Virus record (IMG/VR): IMGVR_UViG_3300014205_000001
Coordinates: 96,001-160,000 of that record
DNA: 64,000 nucleotides
Reading direction: 5' to 3' (one strand)
Origin: a virus
Taxonomy: Duplodnaviria; Heunggongvirae; Uroviricota; Caudoviricetes
Positions 19,845 to 29,055 of this stretch are shown here, one piece after another. How positions within the stretch are numbered: position 1 is the first letter of the stretch; every line of letters begins with the position of its first letter. The notes under the pieces were generated by a model. It was given only the letters and a program-made list of their open reading frames with translations. It was not told the origin of the DNA and made no database searches. The position numbers were made by a program, and so were the translations under genes.

Positions 19845-20267
19845 ATGTTACAATTCGAACGAATACTCCGCAAATATTTTGGTGCAACAAACCGTGAAGG
19901 TTTAGGATTTTTGGAAACGGAAATTAAAGGTGCAGCTGAAGAAATGGAACAACTTTCACAAGGTTATCAACAAGTCATTACATTAACTGACTCGGATGTT
20001 AATCCTAAATATGTTTTGGTGAAGGACATGGCAATCGAGGACAATGAAGTATCGTTGCAAATGTTAACTGCACAACACTTTATTATACCACGAAAAGAAT
20101 TTCACAGAGTTGATACAGTAATTTATCAAGGTAAATTCGGTCAGCATATTTTAAAACATCGCCCACGTGTAAAACTTGTGAATAAAACAACAGTTGTAAA
20201 TGTTGATCACGTTGAAGAAGCAAATGTGATTGAGGACTTAAAACAAATCAGTAAAAACAACGACTAA
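19845..20267 (+). CDS. Hypothetical protein
   Basis: 140 aa ORF. Confidence 0.7.
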   Translation: MLQFERILRKYFGATNREGLGFLETEIKGAAEEMEQLSQGYQQVITLTDSDVNPKYVLVKDMAIEDNEVSLQMLTAQHFIIPRKEFHRVDTVIYQGKFGQHILKHRPRVKLVNKTTVVNVDHVEEANVIEDLKQISKNND

Positions 20268-20773
20268 TGAAAACAAAAATTGAAAATATCCAAAATAAAT
20301 TTGTAATCCTTGTTGAAAAAACTGATAAGGTTGTAGGTAAAAACAAATTCGATGTAATATATGCCATTGACGACGAAGATGTGTTATGGATTCACCAAAA
20401 ACGTGGAGGCAGCAGAGGAACAAGGTTTGCATGTATCAGTGAAAAAACTTTTTTTCATACTCAAGAACATGCACAAAAGGGAATTGACTATTTAAAAACA
20501 TGTCATTTCAGTTTTAACGATCGTCTTTCAATTTTTCCTGTTCATGAATTAAAATATTTATGTACGAATACATACGATATTTTAATGGAGGATGTAAACA
20601 GCAACAACGAGGACGTAAATTACGAAACAAACCGTGACGAAGAAGCCGAACGTCAAGAAAAATTACGTGCAGCATTACTGATGAAAAAATTCCGCGAAGG
20701 TGAAATATTAGATTTTGAAAGTGATCACGAGGACGGTGTGTATATAGTAACAATTAAAATTAAAAAGGATTAA
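20267..20773 (+). CDS. Hypothetical protein
   Basis: 168 aa ORF, TAATG coupled. Confidence 0.7.
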   Translation: MKTKIENIQNKFVILVEKTDKVVGKNKFDVIYAIDDEDVLWIHQKRGGSRGTRFACISEKTFFHTQEHAQKGIDYLKTCHFSFNDRLSIFPVHELKYLCTNTYDILMEDVNSNNEDVNYETNRDEEAERQEKLRAALLMKKFREGEILDFESDHEDGVYIVTIKIKKD

Positions 20774-20775
20774 TT

Positions 20776-20979
20776 ATGGCGCAAAAAACAGGAACACTTA
20801 CTTTGCAATTAAGTAATGACGACATTAAAGGTGGTGATTGGTTTATTGGTACAGTCGACGGTGTGCATGGAATTTATCAAGCACCTAACGACGAAGAAGG
20901 TAAGGCAGCAACTTTATTTGATGCTGTAAAAATTACAACTGACCTTTCAAAAGTCGAACGCTTAAAACTTATTAAGTAA
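20776..20979 (+). CDS. Small hypothetical protein
   Basis: 67 aa ORF. Confidence 0.6.
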   Translation: MAQKTGTLTLQLSNDDIKGGDWFIGTVDGVHGIYQAPNDEEGKAATLFDAVKITTDLSKVERLKLIK

Positions 20980-21623
20980 TGGATTATAAAAACTACCGGT
21001 ATATTTACCCACCTCGTGCCGAATACCCTGTGCATCCCGACACTTTATCATCGGATCGTTATAAAGGTTATTGTGCGCAACCTAAATTAAATGGTGACTG
21101 CACGTTAATCTTCACCAACGGTACTGAAACGATTGTGATGGACAGGAATAACAAACAGTTCAAAAAAGTTATTCCGATGTTAAACACATTAAAGTCAATT
21201 CATTCAGGTACTACATGGATGGTGTTGGTAGGTGAACACATGGTGAAAAGTAAAAAGAATATTCAAGGCGATATTTGGAATAATAAATTCGTAATCTTCG
21301 ACATTCTGGTGCATGAAAATGTGCATTTGTTAGGACGAACTTTTCAACAGCGTATTGAATTGTTGGACAGATTATTTGGAACCATGCGTGCAATTAATGA
21401 TCCGTTTTTATATGCTACACCCATTCCAGAAGTATATCGTGTTCGTACCTTTTATGACTATAAGGAATTTACTTTATTGTTTAAGGATTTAATTAAAACA
21501 GATATGTACGAAGGTATTGTATTGAAAAAATTAAATTCCCCGTTACAAAACGGTACATCATCCACAAATAATCATCTCAGTCAAGTTAAAACTCGTAAAC
21601 CTACAAAAAATTATAATTTTTAA
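20979..21623 (+). CDS. ATP-dependent ligase adenylation domain (no OB domain)
   Basis: Motif I QPKLNG, III LVGE, IIIa FVIFDI, IV EGIVLK, V VKTR, then stop. Confidence 0.85.
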   Translation: MDYKNYRYIYPPRAEYPVHPDTLSSDRYKGYCAQPKLNGDCTLIFTNGTETIVMDRNNKQFKKVIPMLNTLKSIHSGTTWMVLVGEHMVKSKKNIQGDIWNNKFVIFDILVHENVHLLGRTFQQRIELLDRLFGTMRAINDPFLYATPIPEVYRVRTFYDYKEFTLLFKDLIKTDMYEGIVLKKLNSPLQNGTSSTNNHLSQVKTRKPTKNYNF

Positions 21624-21814
21624 TGACTGAAATCAATGCATATTTGGTTGAATCGAAAACTAATTCTCTTATTGTTGTTGCACGGAACAGCGCAACAGCT
21701 GAAAAAGTTTTTCGTAAAATTATACGGACCAAAAATGCAATATACAGTAAATATCAAACTTACAGCAGAACAGTAACATGTATTACACAAATAGGAATTT
21801 TTAAAACTAAATAA
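21623..21814 (+). CDS. Small hypothetical protein
   Basis: 63 aa ORF, coupled. Confidence 0.55.
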   Translation: MTEINAYLVESKTNSLIVVARNSATAEKVFRKIIRTKNAIYSKYQTYSRTVTCITQIGIFKTK

Positions 21815-21815
21815 T

Positions 21816-22088
21816 ATGTCGTTCGTTGCAATTATAAAACACAACAGTACAGGTAATCCAACATTAAAAGTAAAAGATACTTACGAAGAATGTGTTGATG
21901 TTGTACACAAACACTTTTTAAGTTATGATTTTATTATTAAGGAAGGAAAACCTTACGACCCTGGTCATGCTCCGGGTCAACGTGCCTTCACATGTTTCAG
22001 TGATATAATAATGCATAATAATAAAGTTGCACAATTTACACATTGCGACGGTGATGGACCTGTAGGTGAAATCACAACATCCCAATAA
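21816..22088 (+). CDS. Hypothetical protein
   Basis: 90 aa ORF. Confidence 0.65.
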   Translation: MSFVAIIKHNSTGNPTLKVKDTYEECVDVVHKHFLSYDFIIKEGKPYDPGHAPGQRAFTCFSDIIMHNNKVAQFTHCDGDGPVGEITTSQ

Positions 22089-22130
22089 AAATATTCCATT
22101 CCTTAATCTGTTTTAAGTGAATTGTTTGAC

Positions 22131-22166
22131 GCACCACTGACTCCCCCTTAGGAGTCCTTTGGTGTG
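22131..22166 (+). terminator. GC-rich stem-loop at operon end
   Basis: CACCA..GACTCC/GGAGTC..TGGTG. Confidence 0.5.
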
Positions 22167-22178
22167 TAATTTTCATAC

Positions 22179-22275
22179 TAAGTTTAACTGCCTGACTATC
22201 AACAAGTTACTATAAATATAGTAATTTTTATTTTTTATCCCAAATAAAATGTTTAATTATGTAGTGTCAAACATT
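22179..22275 (+). promoter_or_regulatory. Class I early cassette
   Basis: TATCAACAAGTTA (IHF consensus), AGTTACTATAAATATAGTAATT, AAAATGTTTAATTATGTAGTGTCAAAC. Confidence 0.85.
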
Positions 22276-22288
22276 AATAAAGTAAATC

Positions 22289-22648
22289 ATGGTAAAAGTA
22301 TATTCAACACCCGATAAAGAAATTCCACTTCCGAAACCCGATTATTCTAAATATGATCGCGAAAAGGAACAAGCAGCTGAGGATAAATATAAAGCTGACC
22401 TTGTAAAGTATCTTAACGAAAAAGGTTTTAAGGAACCTGAAACAGGTTACATTTTGAAATTCCAAGTAGGTGACGGTTATGCCGAGTACATGGTAGTATC
22501 AGTTACAAAACCTGCAGTGTTACACATCACACTTGGTGATGCCTGGGAATATGGAATTAATCGTTTTAGTAAAAAAGGTTTTGCTGACGAAATCAAAGCG
22601 CAAAAAAATTGGGAAGCAGCAGTTGAACGTATGACTAAAAAACAATAA
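22289..22648 (+). CDS. Hypothetical early protein
   Basis: FQVGDGYAEYMV and LGDAW motifs. Confidence 0.75.
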   Translation: MVKVYSTPDKEIPLPKPDYSKYDREKEQAAEDKYKADLVKYLNEKGFKEPETGYILKFQVGDGYAEYMVVSVTKPAVLHITLGDAWEYGINRFSKKGFADEIKAQKNWEAAVERMTKKQ

Positions 22649-22650
22649 TC

Positions 22651-22932
22651 ATGAACAATACAATCATTGTTGAAAAACACGAATTGGTCGATAATTGGCC
22701 CGGTAAACAAAACGCATACAAATGTATCGTATTAAATCCCGACAACACCAAAAGTGAAAAAATAATTCCTAAAGCCCAATGCGAATTGTTGATGTATTTC
22801 CTTACAATTCAACACAAATTATCACAGGCTGAAGTAACTAAATTTAAAACTTTAATTGAATCCTACGGCGACGAAAGATACTACGAAGCACAGTGCGATG
22901 CTTCAATGGACGACGCAGGTGAAGATATTTAA
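22651..22932 (+). CDS. Hypothetical protein
   Basis: 93 aa ORF. Confidence 0.65.
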   Translation: MNNTIIVEKHELVDNWPGKQNAYKCIVLNPDNTKSEKIIPKAQCELLMYFLTIQHKLSQAEVTKFKTLIESYGDERYYEAQCDASMDDAGEDI

Positions 22933-23127
22933 TTGACGAACATGAACCTTAAACAATTAATATCTGATAACTCAAAACTACCAATAGGTAAAGAACGTAA
23001 ACAAAATTCAAAAATAATTTTACGAGAGTTAAAAAAACGTTTAAATCGTAAACCCGATTATTCATTAAGTCCTATTCAACAAATGCTTTCAAATATACAT
23101 CGTCACCCATCTAAACCAATAAAATGA
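22933..23127 (+). CDS. Small basic hypothetical protein
   Basis: 64 aa ORF (ATG probably 22942). Confidence 0.5.
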   Translation: MTNMNLKQLISDNSKLPIGKERKQNSKIILRELKKRLNRKPDYSLSPIQQMLSNIHRHPSKPIK

Positions 23128-23504
23128 AATTAGCAAGTTTTGATCGCAAAATTGCGATCGCGTATATCAAAACAGTTTGTCCTATCGGCAGAGAAATTTT
23201 TGATCAAGTACGAAGTGGCAGCCATGTCGTAAGTAAATATTCTGTGTTCGAAGTTAATTCAGATCAAGATCAAGTAGCTGAATTCGACCCGGAATATGAA
23301 GAGTATTGTTTTGACGTAAAACGCCCAGGTAAATATAGTCCTGAATATAAAATTTCGGATGTATATAAAAAATACGTGGAAAATTATTTTCGAACAAAAA
23401 TAAGTAATAAACCCAAAACGACTACATCAGTTAAATACCATACATGGTACAACAAAATGAAAGCCTTTGGCTTCACTCATAAAGAAATCACAACATTATT
23501 ATAA
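23124..23504 (+). CDS. Hypothetical protein
   Basis: 126 aa ORF. Confidence 0.65.
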   Translation: MKLASFDRKIAIAYIKTVCPIGREIFDQVRSGSHVVSKYSVFEVNSDQDQVAEFDPEYEEYCFDVKRPGKYSPEYKISDVYKKYVENYFRTKISNKPKTTTSVKYHTWYNKMKAFGFTHKEITTLL

Positions 23505-23506
23505 TC

Positions 23507-24100
23507 ATGAACCAACGTCCACAATTACTATTAAATTTCATTGTTGGATTACACAACAACGATGCAACTGAAAGAAACAGTTACAAATCTTGTCACATGA
23601 ATCGTCCCGGCATTTCATCCAAAACTTTATGGGATAAGTGTAAACATTTATATCCTGATGGGCGTTTCTTTAACAGCCAACATTTCATGCAGGACTGTCG
23701 TACTCTGGTTACATCCAATCAATTGGAATTTACGGGACAAAGTCGCGATCGTTTCTACTACTTGCCTGAAGTACATAAAACTCACTATACAATTCTGTAT
23801 CTGTGCGGCAAAGGTGACGAAAAAGTTGCAATCGCATTAATTCTTTTTGACAAAGAAACTACACTCATCAATTACGACAGTCATAAATTATTAAAAGCAA
23901 TCCAAGCTTTTAATTGTGACCGCGATAACATCGATAACACACTGACTGGCCTGTATCATTTAATTGATAATAAAATACCCATTGACTTCGTAAATTTATA
24001 TCAAACCAACAATAATCAAATCAAATATCTTAAACCTACACCGATCGATGTAGAAGTAACTCAAACAGTTTTCGATCAATTATACACTAAATTCATTTAA
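23507..24100 (+). CDS. Hypothetical protein with DUF3037-like C-terminal half
   Basis: YTILY..DEKVAIALILF..NNQIKYLKPTPI..FDQLYTKFI pattern. Confidence 0.55.
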   Translation: MNQRPQLLLNFIVGLHNNDATERNSYKSCHMNRPGISSKTLWDKCKHLYPDGRFFNSQHFMQDCRTLVTSNQLEFTGQSRDRFYYLPEVHKTHYTILYLCGKGDEKVAIALILFDKETTLINYDSHKLLKAIQAFNCDRDNIDNTLTGLYHLIDNKIPIDFVNLYQTNNNQIKYLKPTPIDVEVTQTVFDQLYTKFI

Positions 24101-24113
24101 AAAAACCAAAAAC

Positions 24114-24491
24114 ATGAAAAAGAAATTGTTATTAGTAACCTCGAAAAATTTAGGCGACACCGGCAAAGTATCATTCGAATATCTTACAAAAGCTGATAAG
24201 GTGTGGGATAAATATCCTGAGTGCTGTTCAGGTCCGTGGGGTTATGCATGGAAAGACAAAAACAATTCCGAATCGGAAGTCATTCCTTTTAATTACTTTG
24301 GTAGTGGTAGTAACATTATCGCAGCTGCCTTTGGACAAAACCATGACGATAAATTGGTGGAAGACATGCCCGAATTTAGTAATATGTTATGCTCATTCGA
24401 AGCTGCCGAGTTAATTAAAAAACATTTGGGTGATAAAATGGAAGTCATCATCCATGTGCATCCTGAAACATTATTAACGTGTTATAATTAA
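24114..24491 (+). CDS. Hypothetical protein
   Basis: 125 aa ORF. Confidence 0.7.
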   Translation: MKKKLLLVTSKNLGDTGKVSFEYLTKADKVWDKYPECCSGPWGYAWKDKNNSESEVIPFNYFGSGSNIIAAAFGQNHDDKLVEDMPEFSNMLCSFEAAELIKKHLGDKMEVIIHVHPETLLTCYN

Positions 24492-24493
24492 AG

Positions 24494-24700
24494 ATGCAAA
24501 GTCCTAAAACAGTTAAATCATTCCTGAAATTATGCTTAATACTAGCATACACGGATCGCGACGAATTGAAAGGTGTTACTTCCTTAACCAAAGAAGAGTA
24601 CATGAAATTAGGCGATATCCGTGCAGGGATTCAAAACGAATTAGGCATCAGTGATGAGTTATTAGAAAAGTATAAACTCAAATATAATTCCAATGGATAA
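24494..24700 (+). CDS. Small hypothetical protein
   Basis: 68 aa ORF. Confidence 0.6.
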   Translation: MQSPKTVKSFLKLCLILAYTDRDELKGVTSLTKEEYMKLGDIRAGIQNELGISDELLEKYKLKYNSNG

Positions 24701-25139
24701 AAAAAATACATACACTACAGGTTATTTTGGACGTGCATCTCAACGACCTGGAGGTGACGCAAGAACCACCCAGGTTCACATTTTAAGAAATGGTAAATGT
24801 TTATGTGGATATAAACCTCACAAAACAATGTTATTTCATTGGAACAGTAGTAATATTAATTTAGATTACGCCGAATGTCCCACGTGTGTAAGTAAAGGAC
24901 GTAATATTTTAAATCTACCCACAATTGATATAACATCACCTACACCCATTTTACAATTTATTCATTATCTGGGTAAAAAAATATTGTTTTTGGACCATAA
25001 CAATAATTGGAAACAAAAGAAAATGATTGGCATTAACATCGCAGATAAGACAATTACTGTAGTGGTTTTTTCCGAAATAAAAAGCACAGTAACCTATCCC
25101 TTAATCCATAAGGGCAGATTACGTTTTAAAATTAAATAA
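24693..25139 (+). CDS. Hypothetical zinc-binding protein
   Basis: H..CLCG..ECPTC. Confidence 0.65.
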   Translation: MDKKNTYTTGYFGRASQRPGGDARTTQVHILRNGKCLCGYKPHKTMLFHWNSSNINLDYAECPTCVSKGRNILNLPTIDITSPTPILQFIHYLGKKILFLDHNNNWKQKKMIGINIADKTITVVVFSEIKSTVTYPLIHKGRLRFKIK

Positions 25140-25165
25140 TTCAACTACACTGCAAAACAACCCAG

Positions 25166-25194
25166 GCTCAGGTAATTTTTACCTGAGCTTTTTT
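25166..25194 (+). terminator. Intrinsic terminator overlapping class II promoter
   Basis: GCTCAGGTAA-TTT-TTACCTGAGC plus T-run. Confidence 0.75.
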
Positions 25195-25231
25195 ATGCAT
25201 ATAATTGTAGTATCTAAAATTATTTACTACA

Positions 25232-25534
25232 ATGAAAACAGCAGCAGAATTAATCCAATACATTAAGGACGAAAACTTAGAAGAACTATTCTTCAGCGAA
25301 GAAGATTTAAACGAAGAACTCACAGCTGAACAACGAGAATTTTTGGGCAAAGTCGAACTCAAAGATTACGCATGTAACAGTGATACCATGTACAGCGTCA
25401 TTCATTTGGAAGATCATAACGTCTTTCTAAAATTAGAAGGTGAATACGATTCTTACGGCGGAGGTGAACATGACTACTATCAAGGTATCAGTGAAGTAAA
25501 ACCTGAACAAACTACGATTACGATTTATAAATAA
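25232..25534 (+). CDS. Acidic hypothetical phage protein
   Basis: GEYDSYGG..EVKP..TITIY C-terminus. Confidence 0.75.
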   Translation: MKTAAELIQYIKDENLEELFFSEEDLNEELTAEQREFLGKVELKDYACNSDTMYSVIHLEDHNVFLKLEGEYDSYGGGEHDYYQGISEVKPEQTTITIYK

Positions 25535-25544
25535 AGATAAAGAT

Positions 25545-25865
25545 ATGGAAAATATTACAAATATTTCTAAAATTGACATGGTCAGTTTCGATAAAAATCT
25601 GACACTGTATTTTACGACACGGACCAATATGTTACCCAATGATTTGTTGCGTGTTACAATTGCAGGCAAATTCTTCTTCTTTAAAGTAACCAATGTGATT
25701 ACAGAATCTGAATTGCAATTAGGTATTATTGCACAAGAAACAGGAAGCAAAAATCTCTCGAAAGATAAAAATTTGGATTTGCGTGACTTATTAGGAATCG
25801 AGATCGATTTGATTAAAGAACAGGACATCATCAACAATATTAATCAACAAGCAACTTGGTGCTAA
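25545..25865 (+). CDS. Hypothetical protein
   Basis: 106 aa ORF. Confidence 0.65.
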   Translation: MENITNISKIDMVSFDKNLTLYFTTRTNMLPNDLLRVTIAGKFFFFKVTNVITESELQLGIIAQETGSKNLSKDKNLDLRDLLGIEIDLIKEQDIINNINQQATWC

Positions 25866-26236
25866 ATCCGCCTAAAATATCCTTTTCACATCATAGCATT
25901 CAACGCTATCAAGAACGCATTGAAAAAGGAAAGGTAGATGAAGACTATTTGTACCAGAAACTGATCTCCAATTTTATTCTGTGCACTGTGCTAAAAAATA
26001 AAGGACAAGGCAAATTTAATACGAAGAATTGTACGTTAGTGATTCAGGATTATACAGTCGTGACAATTATTCCTTTACAGAAAAAACTACGTAAACAATA
26101 CATCTCGACTTATCAACCACCCACAACACAATTACTGTTGAAACCGAAAAAGAAACTCACTAAATTTCAGCAACTGTATCAGTATTTCATTACTAAAATT
26201 AAATCATTTTCATGCTACCTGCAAAACTACATCTGA
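25856..26236 (+). CDS. Hypothetical protein, RelE/DUF4258-like fold suspected
   Basis: FSHHSIQRYQERI..LVIQDYTVVTII. Confidence 0.5.
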   Translation: MVLNPPKISFSHHSIQRYQERIEKGKVDEDYLYQKLISNFILCTVLKNKGQGKFNTKNCTLVIQDYTVVTIIPLQKKLRKQYISTYQPPTTQLLLKPKKKLTKFQQLYQYFITKIKSFSCYLQNYI

Positions 26237-26436
26237 CCGAAATCCAACGCTTTCACGATACATTGGACAAATTAAATAAAAGAATCGATCAAGAAAGCGA
26301 CGAAACTACACAAGGTATCTTATCCATGCATTACTACAAATTAGTCAAGTTATGGACCAAAATCGACGACTTTGTTGAATATACAGTTAAACAAGAATTG
26401 GATAATGTAGATCAGGAACTTAAAAAAGTAAAATAA
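26212..26436 (+). CDS. Small helical hypothetical protein
   Basis: 74 aa ORF. Confidence 0.6.
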   Translation: MLPAKLHLTEIQRFHDTLDKLNKRIDQESDETTQGILSMHYYKLVKLWTKIDDFVEYTVKQELDNVDQELKKVK

Positions 26437-26439
26437 AAT

Positions 26440-26814
26440 ATGACAGAACGAGAAATTGTCGAAGAAACAATCAACTATTACAATTCTAACAATCGAGCAA
26501 CGCGAGGTAATATGTGCGTATATAATACCAATGACGGTAAATGTTGTGCATTCTCCCGAATGGTCAAACCTGAAATACGACCCAAATTAATCGAAGGTAC
26601 TGGTGCCAATGAAAATTTACGTAAATTAGGAATGCATATCTTACAAGAACAATATCAAGGCCACAGTAATATCTTTTATAAATTCTTACAAGACTTACAC
26701 GATAAAAGTATCTATTGGAACGAATTTGGGATTAATCAAGCAGGACGAAAACGAGTCGAAATCTATTTCACGCGCGGCAATCTACTCGGTATACCCATAG
26801 AAAATGAAAAGTAA
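26440..26814 (+). CDS. Hypothetical phage protein
   Basis: C.Y...DGKCCA and LQDLHD motifs. Confidence 0.7.
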   Translation: MTEREIVEETINYYNSNNRATRGNMCVYNTNDGKCCAFSRMVKPEIRPKLIEGTGANENLRKLGMHILQEQYQGHSNIFYKFLQDLHDKSIYWNEFGINQAGRKRVEIYFTRGNLLGIPIENEK

Positions 26815-27214
26815 CATTAACTACAGAACCTACGAAGGCTTCAAATACGATGCCTATATAGGCAAAAGTCTCTACATCGCAGATAAATGTTGTAGCGACA
26901 ATCAATATCGAATCAAAGAACATCTACTATTCAAAAACGAAGAAGGGATTCTCGGTCACGTAGGCGACGGCAGAATATGGGGTTTATGTTATCTCACCCA
27001 AACAGGACCCTATGCATTCAATCCCATCAAAGAATCAGAATTAATATTTAGCAACTTACATAATGCCTATTTCTACAAACATCAAGAACACCACTCACTC
27101 TTCCCTATAATATTAGGACAATTCTATTTCTTAATTAAAGGCAGAAAATTCTTAGGTACGTGGAAAGACACCGAAATACTACCCTTAACAAATCTCTTCA
27201 AAGAACGAAAATAA
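26804..27214 (+). CDS. Hypothetical protein
   Basis: 136 aa ORF, C-rich codons. Confidence 0.65.
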   Translation: MKSNINYRTYEGFKYDAYIGKSLYIADKCCSDNQYRIKEHLLFKNEEGILGHVGDGRIWGLCYLTQTGPYAFNPIKESELIFSNLHNAYFYKHQEHHSLFPIILGQFYFLIKGRKFLGTWKDTEILPLTNLFKERK

Positions 27215-27217
27215 ATA

Positions 27218-27442
27218 ATGGAAATATATACGGCAAATAATAGTGTATTAATCACTTCAACCATTAAAGTTAAAGATAAAGTAATGGTAGTAATTGGAGA
27301 TGAATTTGATCAAGACAATTGGCAATATGGCGAAACATTCAAAGTAAAGAAAATCGTAACAGAACCTTATGGAACTTTCGCATATAAAAATAAGAAAGAA
27401 AACATCAACATCACCAAGATTATATCCTTAGAAAGACAGTAA
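27218..27442 (+). CDS. Small hypothetical protein
   Basis: 74 aa ORF. Confidence 0.6.
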   Translation: MEIYTANNSVLITSTIKVKDKVMVVIGDEFDQDNWQYGETFKVKKIVTEPYGTFAYKNKKENINITKIISLERQ

Positions 27443-27940
27443 TTTCAAGGCGGAAATCCGCCACCAAACGCCACGAATTTTGACCTTTTTTGACTTAACT
27501 GAATAAAACCTTTTAAATGCTTTCGCCATGCTAATTTCGTCACGTATACACGTAACATTCAAGGCGGAAATCCGCCTCCAAATGCGACCAATTGCAACTT
27601 TCGTATCATAATGATGAGGTAACGGTTAGGCAAGTGTATACATAACATTCGACGACCTCACCTAGAGGCGTCGAAATGTGCACGAAAAATGCAGAGGTGC
27701 GTGTGATTGAAACATATACATGTACGTGTCTAGAGAATAAATTTTGTGTTTGCGCTTCTTAAAACTATCCTTTACTTTACAATCAATCGACATCCCAGGC
27801 TCAAGATAGTAATTCTGAATCTAGGAAATAAAGTTGCTATGAGATAGTAACTTTGACATATTGCTATAATACTTATTGAAGTTATGAACAATTGCTATAA
27901 TTTCGTCGTATATAATATAGCACTTTTATGTGAAAATACC
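27443..27940. other. Non-coding hairpin/repeat region, candidate replication origin
   Basis: No ORF; repeats and hairpins; local skew changes from C-rich to G-rich across it. Confidence 0.45.
27444..27585. repeat. Two 28-bp imperfect direct repeats, each with a GGCGGA-AA-TCCGCC palindrome
   Basis: TTCAAGGCGGAAATCCGCC(A/T)CCAAA(C/T)GC at 27444-27471 and 27558-27585. Confidence 0.9.
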
Positions 27941-27945
27941 CATAG

Positions 27946-28054
27946 TAAGTTTAACTATGTGGTTATCAAGTAGTTACTATAATATAGTAACTTTTAACAA
28001 TAAAAAGTTTTTTAGATACAAAATAAATGATTAATTATGTAGTGTCAAACAATT
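27946..28054 (+). promoter_or_regulatory. Class I early cassette
   Basis: TATCAAGTAGTTA, AGTTACTATAATATAGTAACT, TAGATACAAAATAAATGATTAATTATGTAGTGTCAAACAATT. Confidence 0.9.
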
Positions 28055-28091
28055 CAACAGTATAACTGTTAAACTTTAAAACGAAAAACCT

Positions 28092-28487
28092 ATGTTATTA
28101 AATTCAAAACAATCCTTTACCATTTTAAGGTCAGAAATGGAGCAAGCTTTAAAAGCTATTGAAGTAAAGCATGGCATTAAGTTTAACATTCAAGGTGCCG
28201 GTATATCTTATGAAAGTCACGGTGGTGAATGTAGTATTAAGATCAAGGTGAATACTGCGGAAAAGCCGAAAGCAGCTGCGAATATGGAAGCTGAAATGGT
28301 GGAGCTGTATGGATTGAAAGGATATTTTGAAAAGCAAATTAAAACACATGATGGGCAGTTATTTATAGTATCGGGTATTAATACCAGGTGTCGTAAAAGT
28401 CCGGTTGTTTTAACTCGTCCCGGTGGTGGTCGTGGTGCAAAATGTTCTGTGGATTATGTAAAAAATCGTTGCAAATTGGTATCATAA
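28092..28487 (+). CDS. Hypothetical early protein, paralog of 8784-9461
   Basis: Shared motif blocks ending AKCSVDYVK. Confidence 0.8.
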   Translation: MLLNSKQSFTILRSEMEQALKAIEVKHGIKFNIQGAGISYESHGGECSIKIKVNTAEKPKAAANMEAEMVELYGLKGYFEKQIKTHDGQLFIVSGINTRCRKSPVVLTRPGGGRGAKCSVDYVKNRCKLVS

Positions 28488-28566
28488 AATACCGATTAAG
28501 GATTACGGTGAACATGGGTTTGTCCCTCCGCTGTAATCCTTTTACAAACCTTTAAAAATTAATCAA

Positions 28567-28677
28567 ATGAAAGTAATAGGAATATTTGTATTGGTGATCT
28601 TGTTGTGGATGTTGTTTTCGTGGAAGACATTATTGATTGCAGGAGTAGTAACTTATTTAATCATTAAACTGAAATAA
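28567..28677 (+). CDS. 36-aa membrane peptide (not in ORF track)
   Basis: MKVIGIFVLVILLWMLFSWKTLLIAGVVTYLIIKLK fills the intergenic gap. Confidence 0.55.
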   Translation: MKVIGIFVLVILLWMLFSWKTLLIAGVVTYLIIKLK

Positions 28678-28680
28678 ATC

Positions 28681-29055
28681 ATGGAAAAATTTTTTATAAC
28701 CTATAACAATCCGGACAGTGAAAGTAATGGGCATCGTTTTCTCGTACGTGAAGATCAATATTATCCTAACCATTATTTAATAGCTGACGGTAAAAGTCAT
28801 GTGGGTGGTGGAACACTTGCGAAGAAATATTGCACTCGGGATTTTGATTTGAAACAAGTATTAACTTTCGAACAACTCAAACAATTCTTTTCACTTACAA
28901 CTGAATTTATTGTAAGTCGCGATGATAAAGATTTACCTGATACTTATAAAGTAACTTTGCGAAGTAGTTCACTGAGGATTTATCAACCTACATTACAAAC
29001 ACTTATCCGTCATATTCAGCAATTAAGTTGGAATGAAGCAAAAGGAATTAACTAA
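28681..29055 (+). CDS. Hypothetical protein
   Basis: 124 aa ORF. Confidence 0.7.
   Translation: MEKFFITYNNPDSESNGHRFLVREDQYYPNHYLIADGKSHVGGGTLAKKYCTRDFDLKQVLTFEQLKQFFSLTTEFIVSRDDKDLPDTYKVTLRSSSLRIYQPTLQTLIRHIQQLSWNEAKGIN

Noticed and set aside
27444-27675. Palindromic 28-bp repeats as a mini CRISPR array
   Set aside because: Only two copies with an 86-bp spacer and no cas operon; the PD-(D/E)XK nuclease at 41356 is a common stand-alone phage exonuclease
18633-27802. CCCAGGCTC 9-mer at 18633, 25161 and 27794 in intergenic DNA
   Set aside because: It also occurs inside a coding region (372), has no fixed spacing to promoters, and one copy is part of a terminator stem; too weak to call
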